From Candidatus Latescibacterota bacterium (GTDB lineage: Bacteria > Latescibacterota > UBA2968 > GCA-2709665): DNA of 64,000 bases. Below the pieces are notes generated by a model. That model did not search any database. It was not told the origin of the DNA and worked only from the letters and a program-made list of their open reading frames with translations. The stretch lies in contig OZ244744.1 of the NCBI GenBank assembly GCA_965219455.1, forward strand, positions 4,320,001-4,384,000, in the 5' to 3' direction. Below are positions 29,175 through 38,820 of the stretch, in pieces (position 1 is the first letter of the stretch; each line of letters opens with the position of its first letter). The position numbers and the translations under genes were made by a program.

Positions 29175-30356
29175 ATGGGCGCCAGAGAGGCGGTTCTGAA
29201 TGCAATTGACGGGCAGTGGATGGCCGAGCAGGCCCTCAAGCTGGTCGAAATTCCCAGCGTGACGGGTGAGGAAGCGGAAGTCTGCGCCTGTTTCGAGGCG
29301 CAGTTGGCAGATTTGGGGCTCGCCGTGGACGCACACGAGGTGACGCCGGGACGGCGGAATCTTTACGCCGGGATCCGGGGCGTAAACGATGGACCGGCGC
29401 TGCTGCTGAATGGACATCTGGATACGATTCCCATCGGCGACTGCACCCCGGTGCGGCGGGAGGGCGACCGCATCTATGGGCGGGGTTCAACGGATATGAA
29501 GGGTGGCGTGGCTGCCATGCTGGGCGCGGCAAAGGCGTTGCGGGAGGCTGGTGTGCGTCTGAAAGGCGATTTGCTGGTCAGCGGCGTGGTCGGCCACGAA
29601 GAACCTGAAGCTGAGAAAGACGGCCCTCTGGCGCTCGTGGCGGATGTGAATAGCGGAAGGATCAAATGCGACCGCATTCTCATCGTGGAGGGTGGAGACG
29701 AACTCTGGGTGATGAGTATGGGGTCGATGGTGTTTACAATCACGTTGACTTCCGAACGCGGCGGCACCCATACCAATTATGTGCCGTTCCCGGAGAACCC
29801 CATCCGTCACGTGGGCGACCTGATCCGGAGAATAACGGAGCGGCAGCGGGAACTGGATGCCGGAGGCGTTCATCCGCTGGCCGGTCCGGAGCGGATCGAT
29901 CTGGGCATCGTACAGGCCGGCGACTACTTCAACCGGACGCCGGGCCGGTGCGTGCTTACGGGGACGCGGCGGTGGCTGCCTGGCAGGACGATGTCTTCGG
30001 TACTGATTGAACTGGAATCGCTGGCCGAGCCGTTTGCCAGGGCCGGGGAAATGAAGCTTTCCGTTGACATGGCGCTCCAGCGGGAGCCATTTGAGACACC
30101 GCGGGACGATCCGGCCGTACGGGCGGCGGCCGCGGCCCACCGGGAAGTGGTTGGCGAGGACGTTAACTACGTGGGAAGACGGCTGGTCGGTGATGCCAAC
30201 ATCTATATGAACGAGACTGGGGTGCCCACCTTCTACTACGGACCGTCGAATGAGACGGCCCATTCCGACAACGAGTGGGTATCGGTAGCGCGTACAGAGG
30301 CAGCCGCGAAGGTCTATGCGCTCATGGCGATGAATTATTGTGGCGTGGCGGACTAG
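29175..30356 (+). CDS. M20/M25/M40 metallopeptidase (ArgE/DapE-like deacylase)
   Basis: LLNGHLDT, IYGRGSTDMKGG, GHEE, AHSDNEWV; ATG at 29175 follows the upstream stop. Confidence 0.9.
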   Translation: MGAREAVLNAIDGQWMAEQALKLVEIPSVTGEEAEVCACFEAQLADLGLAVDAHEVTPGRRNLYAGIRGVNDGPALLLNGHLDTIPIGDCTPVRREGDRIYGRGSTDMKGGVAAMLGAAKALREAGVRLKGDLLVSGVVGHEEPEAEKDGPLALVADVNSGRIKCDRILIVEGGDELWVMSMGSMVFTITLTSERGGTHTNYVPFPENPIRHVGDLIRRITERQRELDAGGVHPLAGPERIDLGIVQAGDYFNRTPGRCVLTGTRRWLPGRTMSSVLIELESLAEPFARAGEMKLSVDMALQREPFETPRDDPAVRAAAAAHREVVGEDVNYVGRRLVGDANIYMNETGVPTFYYGPSNETAHSDNEWVSVARTEAAAKVYALMAMNYCGVAD

Positions 30357-30391
30357 ATGGTTGGTCGGAGTTCAAGATTGGAGGTGTTTTT

Positions 30392-31426
30392 GTGGTATCG
30401 ATCGTACGGAAGTCGGGCGGAGGGATCCACACGGCGCGCACGGCGCGTTGGGCGGGCGAGGCGAATCCGGAGGGTGGCGCGGAGACATTCGGCGCCGAAC
30501 CCAATCCCACGGGAAATCCGATCGGCGGGGGCGAAGGCTACGCGGACGGGCTCAGGAGCGGCGACCGTTCCGTCCGCAGTTACCGGGAACTGGCGCAGGC
30601 GCTCGAAGGCGCGGAGGCGGGCGACGTATTATTCGTACCGGGTGACGCCGAGATCGATATGGGCGGCCGGCCGGGTCTGGCGATTCCGGAAGCGGTGACG
30701 CTGGCCGGAGACCGGGGTGCAGACGGTTCGGCAGGAGGCCTGATTTATTCCAACGCGCTGGATACGCCGTTTCTTGTCAAAACGGCGGGGGACCGCGTCC
30801 GGATATCGGGGTTGCGTTTTCGGGGGCCCTACCCCCATCGAGATCGGGCCGCGCATTCATCATTCGGAATCATCACCACCCATTTCGCGCTCGAGATCGA
30901 CAATTGTGAAATCAGCGGTTTCAGCGTGGCGGCGACCCGGTTCGACGCGGGTGCGAGCAGGGGCTACGTGCACCACAACTTCATCCACCACAACCAGAAG
31001 GGCGGCCTGGGGTACGGCGTCAGCATCAACGTCGCCGCCGTGCTGATTGAAGCGAATCTTTTTGACTGGTGCAGGCACCATATCGCATCCAGCGGATCAC
31101 CCGGTTCCGCCTACGAAGCGCGTTACAATATCTGCCTGGAACACGCCAACGGCCACCTTTTCGACATGCATGGCGGGCAGGATCGGGGAGACGCAACCGT
31201 CATCTCCGGCGACTGGATGGATATTCACCACAATACGTTTGTAGCGCAGGACGTGCGCAGCGTGGTGATCCGGGGCGTTCCCAGTCAGGATGCCCGCATT
31301 CACCACAACCGGTGTCTAAGCGCGCTGCCCGACAACGTGGTGCGAGCCGGTGGAAATACACGGGTGTTCCGAAATCTCCTGGGGCCCGATGGCCAACGGG
31401 TCGCGAATCAGGAGGCACTGACATGA
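30392..31426 (+). CDS. Right-handed parallel beta-helix protein
   Basis: GTG after ggaggt; VRISGLRFRG, IDNCEISGF, VHHNFIHHN, IEANLFD, IHHNTF repeats. Confidence 0.75.
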   Translation: MVSIVRKSGGGIHTARTARWAGEANPEGGAETFGAEPNPTGNPIGGGEGYADGLRSGDRSVRSYRELAQALEGAEAGDVLFVPGDAEIDMGGRPGLAIPEAVTLAGDRGADGSAGGLIYSNALDTPFLVKTAGDRVRISGLRFRGPYPHRDRAAHSSFGIITTHFALEIDNCEISGFSVAATRFDAGASRGYVHHNFIHHNQKGGLGYGVSINVAAVLIEANLFDWCRHHIASSGSPGSAYEARYNICLEHANGHLFDMHGGQDRGDATVISGDWMDIHHNTFVAQDVRSVVIRGVPSQDARIHHNRCLSALPDNVVRAGGNTRVFRNLLGPDGQRVANQEALT

Positions 31427-33225
31427 TCTGCTGCAAGGACCACCTCGGCGATCCATTGCCCGATGGCGCGCTTCAGCGCCTGGGGACCCGGCGGATGCGG
31501 GGGTCGGTGACCGACATGGTCTACTCCGCCTGCGGCCGACGGGCGTTCGTGCTTTCCGGGGAATGCCTCTGCATCTGGGATCTGACCCAGGGCAACTGCA
31601 TTGCAAGACACCGTGTGTCGGCGTACCGACTGACCGCCGCAGCCTGGAACCGCAACGTGACAGGGGCGCTGTTCGCCGATGAAGAGGGCGTGCTGCGAGA
31701 ATGGATCCTGACTGAAAAGCCGCGCGAAGTCGGCAAATTTGAAACGGGACGGACGTCGCTCGTCTCATTGCGATATTCGCCTGACGAGAACCGGGTGCTG
31801 ACCCTGGACCGGGGGACGTGCACGCTGGAGGAGTGGGACCGGGAGACGGGCAGGCGACGCATCGCTATTTCGGATGCGGGCGAGTACTTCGATCTCTGCC
31901 TGTATGGACCGGACGGCCGGACGGCTCTGGTGGCCCACCAGCCCGGCCATAACGTCTACCACTACGACCTGATGACCGGCGCGCGGCTGAAGGTCTTCGT
32001 GGAGGACTACGTCTGCTACGATATGTGCCTGTCTGCGGATTCGGAGCGGCTGCTTGTGGGCACGCGCCACATGTCGAACGAGTGGCGCCTGCGTGACTAC
32101 GAATGCCTGGAGACCTTTACCGGGCACCTGGGGCACGCTGTACCTTCCGTGGCCTATGCCCGGGACAACCGGCACGTATTGACGGGGTCGCGGGACGGGT
32201 CGATCCGGCTATGGGACCGTAAAACCGCCACAGTCGTACGGCGGTGGTACCCCCATCAGAGCCATGTAAACCGGATCCGGGTTTCGCCCGATGGAGACTG
32301 GGTGCTCTCCCATGGGAGCGATGCGCTGCTGTCGGAGACCAGCCTGGCAACGGGGCGGCCGCGCCTGCAGTGGGAACGTCACATGGCCGGGGTACAGGCC
32401 GTTGCGGTTACGCCCGATGGATCCAGGGCAATAACCGGGTCCACGGACAAGACCATCCGGTGGTGGGAGACAGAGAGATGGACGACCGCGCAAACGGTGG
32501 CGTGTCCGGGTGGCGAGGTACACGCGCTGGCGGTTTCTCCCGACGGCGCCCGGGTTGCCGCGGGTTGCAAGGATGGCAGCGTCCGGGTTTTCGAGTGCGC
32601 GAGCGGAACGTGCGTGCACGCGTTTGACGGGCACCGAGGGTATGTTCGGGCGGTGGCCTTCGCGGGTGCCGGCGCAGTCGTGAGTGCCGCCGACGATGGA
32701 TCGGTCCGGGTGTGGGATACCTGCACGGGACGGGCCATACGGACCCTGGAAGGGCATTTGGGCGGCGTCCTGGCGCTGGCTGTCTCGCAGGACGCCCGAG
32801 ATGTTGTGAGCGGTGGTCGGGACGGTACTGTGAGGGTCTGGCGTCTGGCGACGGGTGAGTTGAAGGTGACGGCGGCCGCACACCGTGGCTGGGTCCAGGC
32901 CGTAAGCTGTGCGCCGGATGGCCGCGTGATCTCCGCGGGCCGGGACGGTTGGGTGGTTGAGTGGGATCTGCGGGAATGGCGGGAGTTGCGTTCATACGCG
33001 CACGGAGACGGCCTGGAAGATGCCCTGTATCTGCCCGACGGGACGTCGGTATGTTCGGCCGGGCAGGATGGCAGGGTGGTTGTATGGACGCGGGAGTGCG
33101 CCAGCCCCGCAGTCGAATTCACCGGGCACGTGGGGGTCGTCCATGCGCTGGCGGCAAGCCCGGACGGGCGCTGGATATTGTCCGGATCCGCCGATACCAC
33201 CTTGCTGGTCTGGGCGTTGCCCTGA
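31423..33225 (+). CDS. WD40 repeat protein (double beta-propeller)
   Basis: ATGA overlap with the upstream gene and RBS ggagg; many GH...SGSxDGTVRVW repeats; N-terminal DHLGDPLPDGALQRLGT. Confidence 0.9.
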   Translation: MICCKDHLGDPLPDGALQRLGTRRMRGSVTDMVYSACGRRAFVLSGECLCIWDLTQGNCIARHRVSAYRLTAAAWNRNVTGALFADEEGVLREWILTEKPREVGKFETGRTSLVSLRYSPDENRVLTLDRGTCTLEEWDRETGRRRIAISDAGEYFDLCLYGPDGRTALVAHQPGHNVYHYDLMTGARLKVFVEDYVCYDMCLSADSERLLVGTRHMSNEWRLRDYECLETFTGHLGHAVPSVAYARDNRHVLTGSRDGSIRLWDRKTATVVRRWYPHQSHVNRIRVSPDGDWVLSHGSDALLSETSLATGRPRLQWERHMAGVQAVAVTPDGSRAITGSTDKTIRWWETERWTTAQTVACPGGEVHALAVSPDGARVAAGCKDGSVRVFECASGTCVHAFDGHRGYVRAVAFAGAGAVVSAADDGSVRVWDTCTGRAIRTLEGHLGGVLALAVSQDARDVVSGGRDGTVRVWRLATGELKVTAAAHRGWVQAVSCAPDGRVISAGRDGWVVEWDLREWRELRSYAHGDGLEDALYLPDGTSVCSAGQDGRVVVWTRECASPAVEFTGHVGVVHALAASPDGRWILSGSADTTLLVWALP

Positions 33226-33276
33226 TTTTCGCACCATGTAAGTACACGCTGTCTTCCTGCAACGGGGTTTTCGGAC

Positions 33277-34998
33277 ATGGGGAACAGGAATACGCGAATG
33301 TCTTACCCGACCGTGAAGGACAAGGATCTCCAGGCGGTGATGCGGGATGGCACTGTGTTGCGCGCTGATGCGTATCGGCCCGACATGCCGGGACGGTTTC
33401 CGGTGTTGCTCTGCCGGACGCCCTACGACAAGGGGGGAGAGAAGCAGCTTGAGATTGGTCCGAACTTGGCCGAACGCGGTTATGTCGTGGTGATACAGGA
33501 CGTACGCGGGCGGTATGCGTCGGATGGCGATTTTCAGCCGGGGTTCTACAGTTCCGATCACCGGGATTCTGAAGATGGGTTCGATACGGTGGGCTGGGCC
33601 GCTGGCCTGCCCTGGTCCAACGGGAGGGTGGGCACGTTCGGCAATTCGTACGATGGGTGGCTGCAGTGGGAACTTGCACACACGCGCCCACCCAATCTGG
33701 TGGCGATGCTGGCGGGGGGAATTGCGGCAAATCTGCTGGACAGGGAATTGTGCGGGGTGCTGCGCCTTGGCAGGGTAATCGATTGGACGATAAACAATCT
33801 TTCGGTGGATACCGCGCGCCGGACCGGCCATTCGTGGAAAGAGAAAACCAAGGAGGACGCATCCCGGCTTTGGCAGGACCGGGACCGAAGCAAGTGGCTC
33901 TGGTATCTGCCGCTGATGGACATTCCCGAGGATGCCATGCCGGGAATGGGCAGGCACTGGCGGCGATGGCTCGCGGACCATGCCACGGACCACTTCGGCT
34001 TCCAGCAAAAACATGTAAAGGTGGACGTTCCCGTGCTGGGTACGGCGGGGTGGTACGATCAGCAGATCGGCATATTCAAGCATTTTACGGGCATGCGGGA
34101 AAACGGCGGGAGTATACGCGCCCGGGAGAACCAGTACATAATCATCGGGCCGTGGACCCACACGCTCCTGGACCTGCACCGCCAGGTGGGTGAGGTGGAT
34201 TTCGGCCCGGAAGCCACGCGGGACTTTTATGAAATCGCGGATGCGTGGTTTTCGCGCTGGCTTAAAGGAGAGCGGAACGGGGCGCAGGACTGGGCCCCCT
34301 TGCAACTCTTCGTAATGGGCGCCAATACCTGGCGGGGAGAGCGGGAGTGGCCGCTGAAACGAACGGTTTATACGTCGTTCTACCTGCACAGTTCGGGCCA
34401 CGCGGACCTGCCGTCGGGTGCGGGGTGGCTGTCTCCGGAGGCGCCGCAAGAGGAAAAGCCGGATTCTTACGGTTACGATCCGAGAGATCCGGTGATGACC
34501 CTGTACACCCCGGGCGGGCAGCACGCGCCCATGGACCAGAGGGCCCTGGACGGGCGGCGCGACGTGATGGTGTATATGACGCCGCCGCTGAGCGCTCCGG
34601 TGGAAGTAACCGGACCGGTCGAAGTGCGCCTCTTTGCATCTTCATCGGCTCGGGATACGGATTTTGTCGCCAGGTTGATGGATGTCCGGCCGGACGGATT
34701 CGTCCAGGAGTTGTGTCATGGAATTGTACGTGCGCGGTATCGTGAGTCCTTTGAAAACCCGTCGTTGATTGAACCGGACCGGGTTTACGAATACACGATT
34801 CAGGTGAATCCGACCAGCAATCTGTTCAGGGAGGGACACCGGATTCGGTTGGATATTTCCAGCAGCGATTTTCCGAATTTTGATCGGAACCACAATACGG
34901 GTGGTGACGATTACCGCGACACGGTTCTCCGGACGGCGCATCAGAGGATTTTCCACGACGCTTGCCGTCCATCCCGGATTCTGCCGGTGATTCCCTGA
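33277..34998 (+). CDS. CocE/NonD family hydrolase (peptidase S15)
   Basis: MRDGTVLRADAYRP, RTPYDK, QDVRGRYASDG, GNSYDG nucleophile elbow, GWYD, IGPWTH, SSSDFPNFDRN. Start may be 33298. Confidence 0.95.
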   Translation: MGNRNTRMSYPTVKDKDLQAVMRDGTVLRADAYRPDMPGRFPVLLCRTPYDKGGEKQLEIGPNLAERGYVVVIQDVRGRYASDGDFQPGFYSSDHRDSEDGFDTVGWAAGLPWSNGRVGTFGNSYDGWLQWELAHTRPPNLVAMLAGGIAANLLDRELCGVLRLGRVIDWTINNLSVDTARRTGHSWKEKTKEDASRLWQDRDRSKWLWYLPLMDIPEDAMPGMGRHWRRWLADHATDHFGFQQKHVKVDVPVLGTAGWYDQQIGIFKHFTGMRENGGSIRARENQYIIIGPWTHTLLDLHRQVGEVDFGPEATRDFYEIADAWFSRWLKGERNGAQDWAPLQLFVMGANTWRGEREWPLKRTVYTSFYLHSSGHADLPSGAGWLSPEAPQEEKPDSYGYDPRDPVMTLYTPGGQHAPMDQRALDGRRDVMVYMTPPLSAPVEVTGPVEVRLFASSSARDTDFVARLMDVRPDGFVQELCHGIVRARYRESFENPSLIEPDRVYEYTIQVNPTSNLFREGHRIRLDISSSDFPNFDRNHNTGGDDYRDTVLRTAHQRIFHDACRPSRILPVIP

Positions 34999-35025
34999 AA
35001 GCGCAGTGAAACGAAGGAGGTTGTC

Positions 35026-35376
35026 GTGAGCGAAGTCGTGATCTACCATAATCCGGCGTGCAGCAAAAGCAGGCAGACGTTGAAGCTCTTGAAGGATCGC
35101 GGTATAGAGCCGAGAATTGTCGAGTACTTGAAAACACCCCCGGATGAGGAGACGCTCTCCGGCATTCTGGAAATGTTGGGTGTCCGGCCTGCGGATCTGG
35201 TCCGAACCAGGGAAGATGAATACAGCCGGCTTCGCCTCGAAGATAAGGCGAACGATCCAGCGGCGCTGATCCGGGCGATGACGAAGTATCCCATCCTGAT
35301 CGAGAGGCCGATCGTCATCAGAGGCAACCAGGCCAGGCTGGGTCGACCGCCGGAAGACGTGCTGGAGATTCTTTGA
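35026..35376 (+). CDS. arsC: Arsenate reductase (glutaredoxin-type ArsC family)
   Basis: IYHNPACSKSR, YLKTPP, PILIERPIV, GRPPE. Confidence 0.88.
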   Translation: MSEVVIYHNPACSKSRQTLKLLKDRGIEPRIVEYLKTPPDEETLSGILEMLGVRPADLVRTREDEYSRLRLEDKANDPAALIRAMTKYPILIERPIVIRGNQARLGRPPEDVLEIL

Positions 35377-35561
35377 CGGGCGCTGACGGAGCCCGCGGCG
35401 ACGGGTTACGGAATTCAACCCCGTTGGCCTCTTGCCGGCGGGGTTTTGAATGGTCGCTCCGGGATACTCATTGCATCTGATGTTCGGGAAAACTATATTT
35501 CCTGCCGAAAGGCAACGTCGCGTGAATCGTGGAATTGACCGGGTCAAGGAAAGGTGCTCGA

Positions 35562-36614
35562 ATGGCGGTCGTGAAACCTGTGGTTACAGCCGAAGCGCTG
35601 AAGAAGCGCCTGGCGCGTTTTTCGCGTCTGTCACTGGCGGATCTGCCCACACCGCTCCTGGAATGTCCCAGGCTCTCGGAGAAGCTGGGGGGACCCCGTA
35701 TCTGGGTCAAGCGGGAGGACCAAACCGGCATGGCCTTTGGCGGCAATAAGGTACGGGAGTTCGAGTATTCGGTTGCGCCCGCGATCCGGGAGGGCTACGA
35801 CGTTCTGTTGCACGGGGCGGCTTCCCAGTCGAATCAGTCTCGCCTGACCGCGGCGATGGCGGCTCGGTTCGGGCTCAAAGCCGTCATGGTTGGACGAAAG
35901 GACGCGCATTCCAAACCTGTAAACGGAAACCTGCTGCTGGATCATCTATTCGGCGCGGAGGTCCACCTCGTGGACCGTCCCGAAGAGAAAGAGCGGGTCA
36001 TCGAGCGTCTGGAGTCGGAGGGGCACAGAGTCTACAATACGAGCACGGACGGATATTACCTCCGAAGCATATCCTACGTCGACGGCTTTCTGGAATTGTG
36101 GGAACAGCTGCAGGAACGGGAGATTCAACCGGACGCCCTCTACGTCTGTTCGGGCGTGCATACGCATGTCGGACTGGTCGTCGGCGCTCGGGCGTTGGGG
36201 GTCCCGCTCCGTGTCGTGGGGATCAGTCCAAGCCCCCAGGATGACGAAAAAGACGCGGCCGGTCTCGCCCGGGTGGCCAACACGGTGGCGCAGATGCTTG
36301 CCCTGGATCTGTCTTTTACCCGGGACGATTTCGAAAGCTACGGGGCCTTCGCGGGGGAGGCATATGGGACGTTGACGGATGCGAGCCGGGAAGCGGTTGT
36401 GCTGGCCGCACGAACGGAGGCGCTGATTTTGGATCCGGTATACACCGGCAAGGCGTTCGGGGCGATGGTCCGGCATATACGTGAGGGTCAGTGGAGACCG
36501 GGACAGACGGTGGTGTTTGTGCACACCGGGGGCACGCCGGCATTGTTCGCGTATGCGGATGAGATGCTGGATCCGGAGGCGGCGAATCCGGATCGTAAGG
36601 AAACAGTCGAGTGA
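35562..36614 (+). CDS. D-cysteine desulfhydrase / ACC deaminase family PLP enzyme
   Basis: PTPL, VKRED, GGNKVR, QSNQSR, LDPVYTGKA, FVHTGG. Confidence 0.92.
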   Translation: MAVVKPVVTAEALKKRLARFSRLSLADLPTPLLECPRLSEKLGGPRIWVKREDQTGMAFGGNKVREFEYSVAPAIREGYDVLLHGAASQSNQSRLTAAMAARFGLKAVMVGRKDAHSKPVNGNLLLDHLFGAEVHLVDRPEEKERVIERLESEGHRVYNTSTDGYYLRSISYVDGFLELWEQLQEREIQPDALYVCSGVHTHVGLVVGARALGVPLRVVGISPSPQDDEKDAAGLARVANTVAQMLALDLSFTRDDFESYGAFAGEAYGTLTDASREAVVLAARTEALILDPVYTGKAFGAMVRHIREGQWRPGQTVVFVHTGGTPALFAYADEMLDPEAANPDRKETVE

Positions 36615-38080
36615 CAACCGGGAATCGCCAGGAAACGAAAGCAGGTCACAAGATGTCGGAGAATATTCCGAATGTTCTGGCCGGGCGGTATGCGAGTTCG
36701 GAAATCAAGGCGATCTGGTCCGAAGAAGGCCGCATTGTACTGGAGAGGCGGTTCTGGATCTCGGTGATGAGGGCCCAGCGAAAACTGGGGCTGGATGTGC
36801 CGGAGGAGGCGATTCGCGCCTATGAAGGGGTCGTGGATCAGGTGGACCTGGCCTCGATACAACGCCGGGAAGCCCTGACCCGGCACGACGTTAAGGCACG
36901 CATCGAGGAATTCTGTGAACTGGCCGGGTACGAACATATACATAAAGGCATGACCAGCCGGGATCTGACGGACAACGTGGAGCAGTACCAGGTGCTGCGC
37001 TCGTTGCGGTACCTGGCTTCGAAGTACGTGGCGCTGCTGTTGCGCCTGAGCCAGAGGGTGCGTGAATGGAAGGCGATGCCCATCGTGGGCCGCACCCACC
37101 ATGCGGCGGCACAGCCGACAACGGTTGGAAAGCGATTCGCCATGTTCGGCGAGGAAATGTTGCACGCGTTCCGGCGATTTGAGCATCTTGTGGAAAATTA
37201 CCCGCTTCGGGGGCTGAAGGGTGCAGTGGGGACGGCGCTGGACCAGTTGACACTTGTGCATGGCGACCATGACAAGCTGGAAGCGCTCCAGGACGAGGTC
37301 CGGGTGTACCTGGGGTTTGGCCGCGAGTTGAATGCGGTGGGACAGATTTATCCGCGGAGTCTGGATTTCGAAGTCATCAGTTGTCTCTACCAGTTGGGCG
37401 GGGGTATTGCCAATTTGTCGCGCACGTTGCGATTGATGGCGGGCGCCGAGAGCGCAACCGAGGGGTTTGCGAAGGGCCAGGTTGGGTCGTCCGCCATGCC
37501 GCACAAGATGAATACGCGCAGCGCCGAGCGGATCAACGGATTTCAGGTGCTTCTGGGCGGATACGTTCATATGGCCGGCGGGCTCGTCGGCGACCAGTGG
37601 TTCGAGGGCGACGTGTCCTGCTCGGTTGTTCGCCGGGTGGCGTTGCCCGACGCGATTTTCGCGTTTGACGGTATGCTGGAGACCGCGCTGCACGTGCTCG
37701 ACGAAATGGGCGTGTACGCGGCGGTCGTACGGAATGAACTGACTAGGTATATGCCGTTCCTGGCCACAACCACGTTGTTGATGGCTTCCGTCCAGCGGGG
37801 CGCCGGACGCGAACAGGTCCACGACGCGCTGAAGGAGCACGCGGTGGCCGTGGCGCTGGAAATGCGCGAAGAGGGACGGGAGAAAAACGACCTGGCGCAG
37901 CGGCTCGGAGATGACCGCCGGATCCCGCTTTCGAACGAAGAGATTGAGGGCATTCTGGGTGAGAGCGGGCGCTTCGTGGGGCAGGCCGAGGCGCAGGCCG
38001 ATGGATTCGTGAGTGCGGTGGAGGCATTGGCCGCGCGGTACCCCGAAGCCGGGCGAGTGCGGAAGGGGCGGCTTCTGTGA
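36611..38080 (+). CDS. purB: Adenylosuccinate lyase
   Basis: IPNVLAGRYAS, TRHDVKARIEEF, HKGMTSRD, GSSAMPHKMN fumarate-lyase signature. Start may be 36653. Confidence 0.95.
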   Translation: MTTGNRQETKAGHKMSENIPNVLAGRYASSEIKAIWSEEGRIVLERRFWISVMRAQRKLGLDVPEEAIRAYEGVVDQVDLASIQRREALTRHDVKARIEEFCELAGYEHIHKGMTSRDLTDNVEQYQVLRSLRYLASKYVALLLRLSQRVREWKAMPIVGRTHHAAAQPTTVGKRFAMFGEEMLHAFRRFEHLVENYPLRGLKGAVGTALDQLTLVHGDHDKLEALQDEVRVYLGFGRELNAVGQIYPRSLDFEVISCLYQLGGGIANLSRTLRLMAGAESATEGFAKGQVGSSAMPHKMNTRSAERINGFQVLLGGYVHMAGGLVGDQWFEGDVSCSVVRRVALPDAIFAFDGMLETALHVLDEMGVYAAVVRNELTRYMPFLATTTLLMASVQRGAGREQVHDALKEHAVAVALEMREEGREKNDLAQRLGDDRRIPLSNEEIEGILGESGRFVGQAEAQADGFVSAVEALAARYPEAGRVRKGRLL

Positions 38081-38092
38081 CCGGCGGTCCTC

Positions 38093-38716
38093 TTACGTGT
38101 CACGTCTCGCGTCTAACCGCTCCTTGAGCATATAGAGCGCGATAATCGTCTTCGAGTCCACGATGCGCCCGTCTGCGACCATGCGAAGGGCCTCTGCGAA
38201 GGGGACGGTGTGAGGGCGGATGTCTTCTGTTTCGGAGTCCAGCCCTGCGTGCCTTCGGATCCCTTCCAATTTACTCACGCGGGCAAGATAGAGTTCGATG
38301 CGTTCCGAGGAGCCGCCCGGGCTGGCGTAAATGGTGGTGAGATGCTCCAGGGCGTCGCTGAGCGCGTATCCTGTTTCTTCGAGCAGTTCGCGTCTGGCGA
38401 CAGCGGGTCCCCGGGCATCCTTAACGCCAGCGACGGTTTCCAGGATCCAGCCGTTGCCCTCCCGTTCGGATTCCGGGTAGCTCGCATAGACGGGAAAACG
38501 GAACTGTTCGACCAGTACGACTTCGTCGGTTTCCTCCGCGTAAAGGAGCACGGAAACGCTGTCTCCCCGGTTGAAATTCACCCGTTTGACCGCGGGGATC
38601 ATCCGGCCGTCAAAGCGCTCGTGTGAGAGCACGGCTTCTTCGATGCTGAAGAGCAAACGCCCGTTGGGCGAATGAAATTCGTACGGCGTGGACCGGCTGC
38701 TGATTTCGACTCTCAT
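38093..38716 (-). CDS. NUDIX hydrolase (ADP-ribose/GDP-mannose pyrophosphatase-like)
   Basis: VLVEQFRFP, ETVAG...ARRELLEETG Nudix box, SPGGSSE, IVDSKTIIAL. Confidence 0.9.
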   Translation of the reverse strand: MRVEISSRSTPYEFHSPNGRLLFSIEEAVLSHERFDGRMIPAVKRVNFNRGDSVSVLLYAEETDEVVLVEQFRFPVYASYPESEREGNGWILETVAGVKDARGPAVARRELLEETGYALSDALEHLTTIYASPGGSSERIELYLARVSKLEGIRRHAGLDSETEDIRPHTVPFAEALRMVADGRIVDSKTIIALYMLKERLDARRDT

Positions 38717-38820
38717 GACGACACTCCGTTTGCAAGGTCAATTGATACTCCGGGGTTTCGGAATTTACGTCGGCTTTTTCCTATGTGCAATGTTGAATTC
38801 TACCATCTGAAAGGCGCGTG

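Noticed and set aside
35374-35400. arsC UGA stop with a small downstream hairpin as a possible SECIS
   Set aside because: The protein ends at the normal ArsC C-terminus (VLEIL) and the catalytic Cys is already encoded.
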